A stretch of DNA of 64,000 nucleotides from an uncultured Planctomycetota bacterium (GCA_963849325.1 CAWKHF010000002.1:672001-736000), one strand, 5' to 3'. Positions 12,638 to 38,241 are shown, counted from the first letter of the stretch. The notes: generated by a model from the sequence alone, not told the origin. Numbers and translations: made by a program.

Positions 12638-12670
12638 GCCCCGTGACACCCCAACGTCACGGGGCATTTT
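12638..12670 (+). terminator. Rho-independent terminator
   Basis: gccccgtgac/gtcacggggc stem followed by atttt. Confidence 0.65.
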
Positions 12671-12687
12671 CATTCACGAGGCCAAAA

Positions 12688-12754
12688 GTTTAGCCGCGAC
12701 GCGCAGCGGAGCGCGGGCGTCTCGCCCGCGCTCCGCTGCGCGTCGCGGCTAAAC
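12688..12754. repeat. REP-like palindrome (GTTTAGCCGCGACGCGCAGCGGAGCGCG family)
   Basis: Same arms at 38147-38205 and 41174-41238. Confidence 0.9.
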
Positions 12755-12786
12755 GAAGGGAATGGTGCCAACCGCAAGCGGCGCTG

Positions 12787-14797
12787 TCAGTGCGACGACT
12801 TTTCGGGGGCGTCCGAGTAGATGCGCGTCGCTTCCATCTTGATGACCGGCTCGGTCAGGTTGGCGCTGGTCATCTGGATCTTGAAGCGGACGGTGCCCGG
12901 CTCGACAGCCTTGACGTTGATGCGGAAGATGGCGTCGGCCTTGGGAGCCAGCTTCTCGATCGGCTCGAAGACGATCGTGCGACCCTCCTCGTGGAAACGC
13001 GCCGGACCCGTAGCACTTTTGAACTCCATCTTGTCCGGTACGGTCGCCACCAGCTTGATGTCGGTCTCGACCTTGGAGCCGGTGTTGGTGACGCGCACCT
13101 CGTAGGCCGTCTCGCTGTTGACCTCGATGGGGTCGTCGGTATCGACCATTTCGAGCATGAGCGCGGACAGCCCCTCGACGCGCGTGGTGAACTCGGCATC
13201 GGCACACAGGCCGCGGGCGGCGACGGCACTGGCGCGGTGCTTGAATTCACCGGGGTTGATGGCCTGGACCTCGAGCTTGACCTCGTGGGTCTGTCCCGGC
13301 CCGACCTCCGGGAGCGTCCACGACACCGTTCGCGTCGAGAAGTCGTGCCGGCCGCCGTCGCTGGCGGCGAGGACTTTGAAGCCCTCCGGCACCAGGTCGC
13401 TGACGATGACGTTGCTGGCCGGCGCGTCGCCGGGGTTACTGACCTTGAAGGTGTACAGCGCCTTGCGGCCGAGGTAGCGCAGGCCCGGCCCGCTCATCTG
13501 CATCTCCAGCTTCGGCATGGTGACGCGGACGTTGGCGGTGTGGCGGGCGTGCAGACCGCCCTCGGCCTCGGCGGTCGCCTCGCACTTCTCGGCGCCGCCC
13601 ATCTTGGTGGCGCACATGACCGTGACGCTGCGCGTCTCGCCGGCCGCCAGGCTGCCGATGTCGAAGTCCAGCCGCGTGCCGCGGGCGTTCTCCAGCCCCT
13701 CGGACAGGGCGGCGTGCAGCTTGACGCGGTCGGCCGGGCCGTCGCCGGGGTTGGACACGGTCAACGTGAAGGTGGCCGTGTCGCCGGCCATGACCTTCTG
13801 CGGACAGTGGGCCTTGAGCGACAGCTTCGGTTCCAGCAGCTTGATGCGCGTGACCGACGAGCCGGTGAACGTGACCCAGGCTTGCGGCGAGACCTCGCCC
13901 CGCTGCTCGGCGAACAGCCGCATTTGCAGGTTCTTTTCCTGCTTGGCTTGCAAGGTGCCCAGTTCCCAGACGAGAACGTTGTTCTCGTTGACCGCCTTGG
14001 GATCGGTGTCCACGCAGCTCGAGTCCGGCCGGCATGCGGATGCGAACGAGGACCTGCTGCACGGGGATGTTGCAGGCGTTGCGCACGATCAGCGTGTAGC
14101 TGGTCGCCTGGCCGACCTTGGCCGTCGCGGCGCCGACCCATTCGAGGCTGACCGCCGGCTCCTGCCGGCCGGTCGTGTTCTCGGGCGTGACCGACACTTC
14201 CGTCGCCGGTTCGCCTTCCGTCGCCTTCGAGCCGACGGTCTTGTCCTCAGGCATTTCGGCCGGCTCCGAACCGGACAGGGTAGGCAGCGGACGGCCGGCC
14301 AGCGACGGATGAAGTGATCGCGGCGGCGCGGCGGTCGGCCGAACCGGCGGCTTCGACGGCGGCTCACTCACGAGTTCCGGCTCGATCAGGCCCGGCTGGC
14401 CGGACACCACCCGCGGAGTCGTCGGAGGCGCGGCGACGAGCGTTGCGTCCGCCGGTCCCTGCGAAAGGCGCGGACCGATCGGCATGATGGAAGGAGTCTT
14501 GGACGCCGGTGGGATCGGCACGATCTCGGACGGGACCGGGGGCGGGGCGATCTCCACGCCGGAAGGCGGTTCGGACAGGAGTTCGGGGCCGGCTGCCGTG
14601 AGACTGAGGGTCTCCGACCTGACCGCCGGGACGACGGAGGGAGCGGAACTCCCGGCCGTCGCCCCTCCGGATGCTTCGACGGTCGGTTCAATCGTGGGCG
14701 TGGATTTCGAACTAGGCCGGGCCCACGCCAGGGCGGCCCATCCGATCAGGCAGGCGCCCAGCACGACGGCCCCGCCAATGGCGACAAGACGATTCAT
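12787..14797 (-). CDS. DUF11-repeat protein resembling chlamydial OmcB, with Pro-rich N-terminal linker (frameshift near 14015)
   Basis: Signal or anchor, Pro/Ser-rich region, four Ig-like repeats ([43 protein letters not shown]), ending EATRIY like OmcB. Confidence 0.8.
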
Positions 14798-14886
14798 CTG
14801 CGTACCTCCCCCGCTTGGGATAAACAGCCTTCCCCCGATATGCTCGCGCCCCCCGCTCCGGGGGTACAGTCTTTTAGGAGGGCGGC

Positions 14887-14914
14887 ACTATAGCGACGGA
14901 TTTTTTTCCGTCAA
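14887..14914 (-). promoter_or_regulatory. Putative sigma70 promoter of the DUF11 gene
   Basis: TTGACG-16 nt-TATAGT on the minus strand. Confidence 0.5.
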
Positions 14915-15036
14915 GACGGATTTGCGTGACACCAAGACAAGGCGCACCCTTCCACCGATTTCCGTTGAGTCGGCGCCGCCGCCCCTCTACACTGTGCGGA
15001 AATCCCCAACCGCCCGACCATCAGGAGAACGACACC

Positions 15037-16466
<1,430 letters not shown>

Positions 16467-16469
16467 CTG

Positions 16470-16544
16470 TCCGAGCCTGAAGCGTAAGCGAAGAAAACGA
16501 CAACCTTCGGTTGTCGTTTTCTTCGCTTACGCTTCAGGCTCGGA
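16470..16544. repeat. Long perfect palindrome with cTTCGg loop between convergent genes (REP or bidirectional terminator)
   Basis: tccgagcctgaagcgtaagcgaagaaaacgacaac c-ttcg-g ttgtcgttttcttcgcttacgcttcaggctcgga. Confidence 0.85.
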
Positions 16545-16547
16545 TCA

Positions 16548-19500
16548 CTAGTTATTCGAGGGCCGTTTGCCGACGAGGAGGCCGGTCTGCATCTGGGCCA
16601 TGGCAGCGGTCGAGGCGAACACGCGGTCGGTCGGGAGTGTCGTCCCAAGGGAGATGGATGACGAGACGGAGGACACGGAGGCGGTCTGCGCCGAGCTGGT
16701 CTGGACGGCGGGCGTGAGGGTGAGGGACCAGTTGAGCAGGGTGCCGCTGTGCGTACCGCTATCCTTAATCATCAGCCGCCAGCTACCGCCGGCGTTGAGG
16801 CCATTAAGCTGGCTCAGCGACGACTCGGGCAGATAGGTGCCCGTAAACGGCACCTGGCCGGCGCTGATGGCGGTGCTGGCCTGACTGGAAAAGACCGTGT
16901 TCTGAAAGTTGCCTCCGCTGCCGCCGCGATTATTGACCAGCGCGATGGTCTTGCCGTTGGGGGCGACCAGATAAACGTACAGCTCGCCGTCGGCGGGATA
17001 GTTGATGTTGAGGCTGACCTGCACGCCGCCGACGGTCATGCCCGCTGGCACGGTGATCGCGGATGCGGTTAGACTTTGGGGATTGATCGCCGACGCGGTG
17101 CTGTTGTCGTAGGTCTGCGCTCCCGGACTTGGCGTCGGCGTGGGGGTTGGTGTTGGGGTCGGCGTGGGCGTCGGTGTGGGAATCGGCGTGGGCGTATCGG
17201 CGGGACTACCGCTGGCGGGCGTGAGGGTGAGGGACCAGTTGAGCAGGGTGCCGCTGTGCGTACCGCTATCCTTAATCATCAGCCGCCAGCTACCGCCGGC
17301 GTTGAGGCCATTAAGCTGGCTCAGCGACGACTCGGGCAGATAGGTGCCCGTAAACGGCACCTGGCCGGCGCTGATGGCGGTGCTGGCCTGACTGGAAAAG
17401 ACCGTGTTCTGAAAGTTGCTTCCGCTGCCGCCGCGATTATTGACCAGCGCGATGGTCTTGCCGTTGGGAGCGACCAGATAAACGTACAGCTCGCCATCGG
17501 CGGGATAGTTGATGTTGAGGCTGACCTGCACGCCGCCGAGGGTCATGCCCGACGGCACGGTGATCGCGGACGCGGTTAGGCTTTGGGCGTTGATCGCCGA
17601 CGCCGTGCTGTTGCTGTACGTCTGCGATCCCTGGGTCGGCGTCGGCGTGGGTGTCGGCGTGGGTGTGGGTGTGGGTGTGGGAGTAGGTGTAGGGGTGGGG
17701 GTCGGGGTCGGCGTGGGCGTGACGGTAGGAGGACCGCTGGCGGGCGTGAGAGTGAGGGACCAATTGAGCAGGGTGCCGCTGTGGCCGCCGACGTCCTGGA
17801 CGGTCAGCTTCCAGGTGCCGCCGGCGCTCTGTCCGTTGAACGCATTGAGGTTGCCGTCGGGACTGAAGGTGCCGGCATAAGGACGCTGCCCTGGGCGATA
17901 GGAGTGGTAGCCTGGCCGCTGAGGACGGTATTCTGGAAGTTGGCCCCAATGCCGCCGCGACGGCTGACCAACTGCACCGTCGTGCCGTTGGGGCTGGTCA
18001 GATTGAGGTACAGGTCGCCGTCGTCGGGATAGTTGATGTTGACGCTGACCTGCACACCACCGAGGGTCATGCCCGCCGGCACGGTGATCGTGGACGTGGT
18101 CGTGCTCTGCGCGTTGATCGACGATGCCGAATTGTTGCTGTACGTCTGCACGCCCTGGAGCGCGATCGTTCCGGTGTAGGGCGACATCGTGTTCCCCATC
18201 AGATCCTGCACGCCGGCGATCGAGAGCGTGTAATTCCCCAGCAGCGTCTGATTCGGGAAGATCAACGCCATCTGCGTGTCTCCCGAACCGTTGACCACCC
18301 GAACCGTCACGGGGATCGTGGAGCCATTCGGGCTCGTCAGCGTGACGGACTGGGCGGCGAAGGAGCTGACGTCGATCGGCTCGCTGAACGTCACCCACAG
18401 GCTGTTCATCGAGTCGGCGGTGGGGCCTTGGGGAGTGACGTTGGTGATGGCGGGGGTGCTGCGTTGGGACAGGGTCCAGCCGACGGCGGCGGCGACGTCG
18501 AGTCGGCCGCCGGTCGTCACCTTGCCTTGCAGACTCGGCAGCTTGTCCGTGGTGTCGAGCACCTGGTTGATGACCTGCGTGTAGCTCCAATCGGGGTGCT
18601 GGCCCCAGACCAGCGCCAGTGCCGCCGTGACCTGGGGGGTGGCCTGGGACGTACCGCTCATGGCCCCATATTGGCCGTTGGGCAGAGTGCTGTAGATGTT
18701 AACACCTGGGGCCGCCAAGGCGACGCTCTTGGGTCCGTAGTTGGAGAACGAGGCGAGCTGGTCGCTGCTGTCCGTGGCCGCCACGGTCACGACATTGTTG
18801 AGGCCGAGGCTGAGACTGGCCGGGTAGTCCGGCGTCGTGTCATCGTTGGCGCTCTCATTGCCGGCCGCCGCCACGAAGATTTGCCCATGCGTCTGCGCGT
18901 TCTGGATAGCGGTGGTGAGGATGCCGGCGTCGCTGGACGGCGCCCCTTCCCAGCTGTTGTTGCTGATCTTCGCCCCATGCTGCACGGCGTAGTTGAGACC
19001 CTGAATGAAGTCGCTGATGAGGCCGCTGCCGTTGCTGCCGATGAACTTGACCGGCATGATCTGCACGTTCCAATCGACGCCGGTCACGCCCGTGCCGTTG
19101 TTGCCGACGGCCCCGATAATGCCCGAGACGTTGGTGCCGTGCCCATTGTCGTCGAGGGGGTTGTCGCTGTTGCTGACGAAGTTCCAACCGAAGAAATCGT
19201 CGGGGTGGGCGGTGTCGCCGTCCGAAGTGCCGCCGCTCTGCCAACCGCCCTGGCTGAGGGGGCGGAGCAGGTCGCCGGCGTCGATACGACCATCGCTGTT
19301 GTTGTCCCAGACGAGTCCGGCGTTCACCGGATTATTGAGGTCGCGGAAGGTGATGATGCCCGGCGTCGCCGTCTGGATCTGCGACTTGTACACGATCTTG
19401 TCGTAGCCGCTGGTCGAACTGGACTTGGTGTACCAGAAGTTGGGGATCTCGGCCTGGTTGATCCAGATGTTGTCGTACAGGTCGGGGCTATCGTAATCGA

Positions 19501-20029
19501 TGCCGGTATCCATGACGGCGACGACGATGTTGGGACTGCCGGTGGTGACGTCCCAGGCCTGCTCGGCGTGGATGTCCGCCCCGGGCGTGCCGCCGCTCTG
19601 GCCGGTGTTGTGGAGGTTCCACTGCTGGCTCAGCAGGGGATCGTTGGGCACGGAGGACACCGTCAGATTGTAGTCTGGCTCGGCGTCGAGGACGCCGGAC
19701 TCGGACTGGTAGGCGGCCAGGGTCTGCGCCACGGTCATGCCGTTGGACAGGCTGACTTCGTACAGTCCCGGCACCAGGGGCAGCGCGTTGGCCAGGGTGG
19801 TGCCCGACACGAGGGCGGGTCCGCCGGGCACCCCCGGCGGCGTCTGAAACTGGACCAGGATGTCGGTGGAACTGTACTGACTGGAGTTGACCGACAAGCC
19901 GTTCAAGTCGAGTACCGTCGTCGGAGCGGCGGCGCTGAGCAGGGTGCGGTCCTCAAGGATTTCCAGGCCGAGAATGGGGCGGATCGGTCGGCGCGCTGAC
20001 CTCTCCCCTCGCTTCCGTGCTGCCGTCAT
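16548..20029 (-). CDS. Extracellular S8 subtilisin-like protease with three proprotein-convertase P-domains and Pro-Thr linkers (frameshift near 17880)
   Basis: LEILEDRTLLS export motif; catalytic VMDTGID, HGTNVSG, GTSQATP; three repeats VQVSLNINYP..G.W.L...D..GTLLNWSL. Confidence 0.92.
16707..17612 (-). repeat. Near-identical internal duplication of a P-domain (about 400 bp, offset 507 nt)
   Basis: 16707-17105 matches 17214-17612 almost base for base. Confidence 0.9.
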
Positions 20030-20526
20030 GGGGGCATCCTCGCGGGTGTTGGCGGAAACACAGGCAAATCCGCGCCGCCGGGACGAAGCGTCCCCGGCGC
20101 GACGCCCTCGGGGCGTGGGTTGGCGAACACAGCCTGGAAAAGCGTGAGAGAGGGCCGCGACAGGATGATCCGTGGACGGGAGGCTCGTCAGGGCGACCCA
20201 TCGCCAGACCGAGTGCGGCGCGGCGGAATCCGCTAGAGAGTAGGCCCGTTGCGAGGACGGGGCATGGCGGTGCAACTCACGCGGCGACTCCTCGGATAGA
20301 CGTAACAGCGATCCGCTCCGCCGGTCGTGGAAGGGAGCCGATGCGGAGCAGAACTCCTATCGACGGGACTTGCGCGGGGAATTGAGTCGCCGCGCGTTTT
20401 CTCCGTGCAAGCTGGGCGAACTTTGCGGATCGAGAGGACGGACGATTCGGAATAGGGAAACGTCGCGGCCTGTGCGGGACATGCCGGTCACTTTTTCGGG
20501 CCCGGAAGCGTAAGAATGAGCGAACC

Positions 20527-20598
20527 GAACCGAGCCGCGACCGTAAGGGAGCGGTTGGAACTCTGAATACTCCGCTCCCTACGGTCGCGGCTCGGTTC
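20527..20598. repeat. REP-like palindrome (GAGCCGCGACCGTnAGGGAGCGG family)
   Basis: Inverted arms; second copy at 61529-61582. Confidence 0.82.
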
Positions 20599-21374
20599 GA
20601 TCCGCCGGCGGCGACGCGACGGCGGGGAAGGTGAGGGTGAAGGTGGTCCCTTCGCCGGGCCGGCTGGCGGCGGCGAGTTGGCCACCGCACTGCTTGACGG
20701 TCCCGTAGGCGGCGGCCAAGCCCATGCCTCCTCCGCCGCCGACGCGCGGCGGAGACGAGAACGGCTCGAACAGCTGGGCCAGTGCCGACTCGTCCATGCC
20801 GCCGCCGCTGTCGGACACCGTCAGGACGATAGCGAGACCGGACGACAGGTCCACCGCGTTCGGCGATTCGGCCGGAATGTTGGCCGTGGACAGCGTCGGC
20901 CTGTCCGCCCGAGGGCATGGCGTCGCGGGCATGGGTGGCAAGGTCGAGCAGCACCTGCTCGATGCCGTCGGCGTCCACCCGGATCGGTCGCAAGGACGGG
21001 TCGAGGTTCAGCCGCAGATCAATGGCCGGGCCGAGCAGGCGCTTGAAGACCTCGGTGCGATGGAGGACGACGTCGTTGAGGTCGAGAAGGACGGGGTGCA
21101 GCATTTGCTGGCCGCCGACGGCCAGCAGTTGACGGACCAGGGCCGCCAGCCGTTCGCTGGCCTGCTGGATCAGCGTCAGCGCTTCGTGATCGGGATCGTC
21201 CGGCCCATGGGCGTCGAGCAGGAGATGGGTATAACCCGTGATGACGGTGAGGAGGTTGTTAAAGTCGTGAGCCACGCCGCCGGCTAGCCGGCCAATCGCT
21301 TCCAGCTGCCGCGAACGGCGTCTCGGTTCTTCCTGGTCTCTGCGTTCGCTATCGAGGTCAAGGCTCGCCGGCAC
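20579..21374 (-). CDS. Sensor-less histidine kinase (HisKA+HATPase), frameshift near 20900
   Basis: AGGVAHDFNNLLTVI H-box; DSGGGM, FEPF, GMGLA, GEGTTFTL. Confidence 0.8.
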
Positions 21375-21748
21375 GGCATCTTCCTCGCGTGTCTTCGTTG
21401 ACCGCGCATCATCCCGGCCATAGAGAGCGAAACGACTCGCTCTTCAGTCTGACGGAACGAAGGGAGAAGGAACGGATCGTACGACGGACGAGTGTCCGTA
21501 ATTCACTTTTTATACACAAGCCCAGGCATTCGGCAAGAAAAAAACGCCCCCAAAAGGATAACGTCGCCCACCTTCAAGGACCGAAGAGTCCGCCTCTTCC
21601 GCTCGAACCGAACAAGAGATCGAGTCGCCAGAATCGTCGTAATCCTTAAATTCTCCGTATCTTAGGGATTGCCGTCGAGACGGGAAATCGCCGGTCCCTC
21701 CCCTTGCCGGCTCCAATAGCGTGCCAAACATATTTTGAAATCGTCCTG

Positions 21749-21777
21749 TTGACTCTGGCCTTCGGAGCGATTACTAT
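21749..21777 (+). promoter_or_regulatory. Putative sigma70 promoter of the giant surface protein genes
   Basis: TTGACT-17 nt-TACTAT in an AT-richer intergenic region. Confidence 0.6.
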
Positions 21778-22076
21778 TTTAATTCGTACATTCCCTACAC
21801 TCCAGACGTGACGCCGCTGTCACCTGCAGCCGGAACAGAAACGTCAGGATGAAAAAGGGGCGAGCAACGGCCCAGCGGCGCCCTCCAAAAGTCCGTATCC
21901 GAAAGTGAAGTCCACGCGCGGAACCCGTGGACAGGCGCTCGCGGAGCGAGTGTTTTACCCCGTATTTCCCGGTAGTCCTTGATCCAGCTGATGGGGCGTT
22001 CCGCGACGCACCCGAGCCGTCTCCCATCGGCGCGTTATTCAGACCTTCATCGAGTCATCCTCACGAGTACTCCCCC

Positions 22077-28703
<6,627 letters not shown>

Positions 28704-28712
28704 CAAGGAAAG

Positions 28713-28770
28713 CCGAGCCGCGAGCGTTAGCGAGCGGGAGCAACACCGCTCGCTAACGCTCGCGGCTCGG
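28713..28770. repeat. REP-like palindrome (CCGAGCCGCGAGCGTTAGCGAGCGG family)
   Basis: Copy at 35136-35189; related element at 42369-42418. Confidence 0.85.
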
Positions 28771-28824
28771 ACAGCAAACGTCCCACACGGTTTTTCATCG
28801 AGTCATCCTCACGAGTACTCCCCC

Positions 28825-35126
<6,302 letters not shown>

Positions 35127-35135
35127 CAAGGAAAT

Positions 35136-35189
35136 CCGAGCCGCGAGCGTTAGCGAGCGGGAGCAACACCGCTCGCTAACGCTCGCGGC
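35136..35189. repeat. REP-like palindrome, copy of 28713-28770
   Basis: ccgagccgcgagcgttagcgagcgggagcaacaccgctcgctaacgctcgcggc. Confidence 0.85.
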
Positions 35190-35230
35190 CCTGTCTCGTT
35201 CGCCCAGGCGCGACGGCTGCGGATTTGCCC

Positions 35231-35259
35231 TTGACTTTCCCTCGCTGCGCGACTAGGTT
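35231..35259 (+). promoter_or_regulatory. Putative sigma70 promoter
   Basis: TTGACT-17 nt-TAGGTT upstream of the gene at 35377. Confidence 0.5.
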
Positions 35260-35376
35260 TCGCCCGCTTTTGTCGGCGAAGAGAGCGCTGCCGGAGCAGG
35301 CGCTCCGGCCGAAGACGCCCGCCACGCAGGGGTTGGGGCGTGGAGTGAACGGACTCACACGGGGGAGGAGAATCCT

Positions 35377-36228
35377 ATGGGCAAGAGGCCCCTGGCTGGT
35401 TTCATCGGCCTATTCGGCGTCGGCATCCTTCTGTCCGCGGGATGCAACACCACCAAATCCAACAACAAACAATCGTTCATGAACGATCGGGCGGACAGCA
35501 GCCTGGGGCTGACCAACAAGGCGATGACCCCGTCGGGCTGGAATAACAAGACGCAGAGCAGCGCCGTCAACAACAGCGGCGGCGCCGGCACTTTCTCGAA
35601 CTCGTCGTCGGCAGGCTCGGCTGGACACGGCTTCGATTCGTCGGCCGGCAGCAGCGATCCGAGCGCCGGGATGAGCGGCCGTACGTCCGGCGCGAGCGGC
35701 TCGGCGGTGCCTCCAGGCAGTCCGATGTCGTCGTCAATGGATGGCGTCAGCGGCCTGCCGAACACCAGTATGAACAACCCAGTCGGCGCGACCCCTGCCA
35801 GTCTGACGAATGGTGCTCCGACGCCTTCCATGCAGATGGCGGGTTCCGACGGCGGCGACGCGAGTTCGTCCGGTATCAAGCGGACCAGCAGCAACCACAT
35901 GACGGACGCGACCGCCGTCACGAACGCGGATTTGCATTCGGTCGCCGATCCCGCTTCCCCCGCAATGGGGATGACCACCTCGACGCGCGCGATGTCCGTG
36001 CCGCCTCCGCCTCCGCTGCCCTCGCCGCCCGCTCCTTCGAGCGGCCCGAGCAGCAAATCGATCGTCCCGTATCCATCGCCGGCCACGTCGTCGTCTGACC
36101 CATCCTCCAGTGCTGCGGATGGCAGCGGCAGTACGCCTCCCGCGCCGACAAGTCCGACGCCCCCCCCGAGCATGACCGGCACGGGCGCGACGAAGCCGTC
36201 GGCGTCTTACCCTCCCTATGTGCAGTAA
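35377..36228 (+). CDS. Ser/Pro/Gly-rich, probably disordered lipoprotein
   Basis: GGAGGAG RBS; MGKR..GILLSAGC lipobox; low-complexity body. Confidence 0.78.
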   Translation: MGKRPLAGFIGLFGVGILLSAGCNTTKSNNKQSFMNDRADSSLGLTNKAMTPSGWNNKTQSSAVNNSGGAGTFSNSSSAGSAGHGFDSSAGSSDPSAGMSGRTSGASGSAVPPGSPMSSSMDGVSGLPNTSMNNPVGATPASLTNGAPTPSMQMAGSDGGDASSSGIKRTSSNHMTDATAVTNADLHSVADPASPAMGMTTSTRAMSVPPPPPLPSPPAPSSGPSSKSIVPYPSPATSSSDPSSSAADGSGSTPPAPTSPTPPPSMTGTGATKPSASYPPYVQ

Positions 36229-36256
36229 TGGAGTGGGAGCCAGCGGGACAAACGCA

Positions 36257-36310
36257 TCCGAGCCTGAAGCGTTAGCGAAGTTGTCGTTCCTTCGCTAACG
36301 CTTCAGGCTC
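36257..36310. repeat. REP-like palindrome between convergent genes
   Basis: gagcctgaagcgttagcgaag ... cttcgctaacgcttcaggctc. Confidence 0.8.
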
Positions 36311-36340
36311 AGATAAATACGTTTGGACTATTCCGGCAGT

Positions 36341-37729
36341 TCAAGAATGGTCCGCGTTGCTCGGGCTGCGCATGAGTCCATACTTCTTCATCTTCTTGTA
36401 CAGCGTGACGCGACTGATGCCCAGGGCGTTGGCGGTGTGAACGCGGCTGTAGCCGTGGTTGACCAGGGTGCGCTGAATGATGTTGCGCTCCACCTGTTCG
36501 CGGTTGCGCGACAGCGACTCCGGCCGACCGTGGTCGGCGACGGCGTAGCAGATCGGCCGATGCTCGCGCACCTGCTGCGGCAGATGTTCCATCAGCAATT
36601 CGGGACCGCTGCTGACCAGGACTGCCTGCTGAATGAAGTTCTCCATCTGCCGAATGTTGCCCGGCCAGGGGAACGCCTCCAGGGCGTCCAGCGCCGGTGT
36701 ACTGATGTCGAACAATTCCTTGTGAAACTTGGTGTTGAAGCGCGCCACCAGGGCGCGGACCAGCGGGGCGATGTCCTGCACGCGCTCGCGCAGCGGCGGC
36801 AGATGGAACGACATGACATTGAGGCGGTAGTACAGGTCTTGGCGGAACTTGCCGGCGGAGACGGCCTCCTCCAAGTCCCAGTTGCTGGCCACGATGATGC
36901 GCGCGGTGCAGTGCCGCGTCTCGTTGCTGCCGACCGGCTCGAACTCGCCGGTCTCGATGACGCGCAGCAGTCCGGCCTGCTGCTCCAGGCCGAGCGTGTC
37001 GATCTCGTCGAGCAGAATGGTGCCGTTGCCGGCCGCCTCGAACTTGCCGATCTTGGCGCGATCGGCCCCGGTGAACGCCCCTTTGGCGTGGCCGAAGAAG
37101 GCGCTTTCGACCAGGTTGGCCGGCTGGGCGCCGCAGGGCACGGTCAGAAACGGCTCGGCGTGGCGCGGCGAACAGTCGTGCATCAGGCGAGCCAGGTGCG
37201 TCTTGCCGGTGCCGGTCTCTCCGGTCAACAATACGGTGACATCGTGGGCCGAGGCCAGGGCCAGGCGCTCGACCAACGGCATCAGCGACGGCGTTTGCGT
37301 CAGCAAGCGCCGGCTGATGACCTGCTCTACCGTCTCGACGCCGTCGGCGGCCAGGAAATCATGGACCCGACCGATACGCTCGCGGACCAGCTGCGTCAGG
37401 CGAGCGGCATCATCGGGCCAACGCACACACTGGGCCACGTACTGTTCGAGATCGTCCAGGTCGTCGCCGTCCTCGCCGGCGACGATCATGATGATGGGCG
37501 GCAGCTTGCGGATGTATATTTCGCGCACCAGGCGCAGCACCTGCTCCGACTCGGCGGTGGAAGCCGTGGCCAACAACAACAAACCATCGGTCTCCTGGCC
37601 GATGTGCGTGCGAATGGAAGCGAAAGTACACTGAAAAACGTGCTGTCCGAAGGCTTTCTTCAGGTGGGTCTGAATGCTGCCGGCCAGACGGGGATCGTCG
37701 CTGACCAGGGCGACGCGACTACTGCTCAT
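36341..37729 (-). CDS. Sigma54-dependent enhancer-binding protein (degenerate receiver, AAA+, Fis HTH)
   Basis: GETGTGKT, GAFTGA, LLDEI, FRQDLYYRLNV, WPGNIRQ, LGISRVTLYKK. Confidence 0.93.
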   Translation of the reverse strand: MSSSRVALVSDDPRLAGSIQTHLKKAFGQHVFQCTFASIRTHIGQETDGLLLLATASTAESEQVLRLVREIYIRKLPPIIMIVAGEDGDDLDDLEQYVAQCVRWPDDAARLTQLVRERIGRVHDFLAADGVETVEQVISRRLLTQTPSLMPLVERLALASAHDVTVLLTGETGTGKTHLARLMHDCSPRHAEPFLTVPCGAQPANLVESAFFGHAKGAFTGADRAKIGKFEAAGNGTILLDEIDTLGLEQQAGLLRVIETGEFEPVGSNETRHCTARIIVASNWDLEEAVSAGKFRQDLYYRLNVMSFHLPPLRERVQDIAPLVRALVARFNTKFHKELFDISTPALDALEAFPWPGNIRQMENFIQQAVLVSSGPELLMEHLPQQVREHRPICYAVADHGRPESLSRNREQVERNIIQRTLVNHGYSRVHTANALGISRVTLYKKMKKYGLMRSPSNADHS

Positions 37730-37995
37730 CGGCGTATCTCCCTACCGCCTGCTTCCGGGCGAGGCTAGGGAGCCTCCGGGCCAGGGAGATGGCGGTGGTG
37801 TTTCCGTGGTGTAATCGGAGGGCCGCCATCCTCAAACGGCCCCGAGCAATCCACACAGGGAGGGAGGCGAGCGAAGGCAGACGTGGCTTCGCGCCGGGGA
37901 TGCCCGTCCGGTGAGACATCCCGCTATCCAGGCGTGTGCTTCCTTCACGGTCCCGTAGGCCAGCAAAACGCGGCTGGCCCCTCGTCGAGAGCTTT

Positions 37996-38024
37996 AATGT
38001 AGGTTCCTTCGCTGTGTCTGTCAA
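37996..38024 (-). promoter_or_regulatory. Putative sigma70 promoter of the sigma54 activator gene
   Basis: TTGACA-17 nt-TACATT on the minus strand. Confidence 0.6.
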
Positions 38025-38146
38025 GAAAAACTTTCTGGAGACTTTGGGTTATCTGGGCAATTTGTCTCGTGATGGCCCTGTATCGGGTTGCAGCGTCTAA
38101 ACTAGCATTGGTCCAATTGCGGCCCTTGTCAAGAATGCGGCGATTC

Positions 38147-38205
38147 GTTTAGCCGCGACGCGCAGCGGAGCGCGTGCCGCGCTCCGCTGCGCGTCGCGGC
38201 TAAAC
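38147..38205. repeat. REP-like palindrome (GTTTAGCCGCGACG family)
   Basis: Same arms as 12688 and 41174. Confidence 0.9.
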
Positions 38206-38241
38206 GGAGAGGAAAGGCGATACCGTCATCGAGCACATAGT

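Noticed and set aside
21710-21727. Sigma54 promoter TGGCACG on the minus strand
   Set aside because: The -12 GC is not at the required spacing (reads TTGGA)
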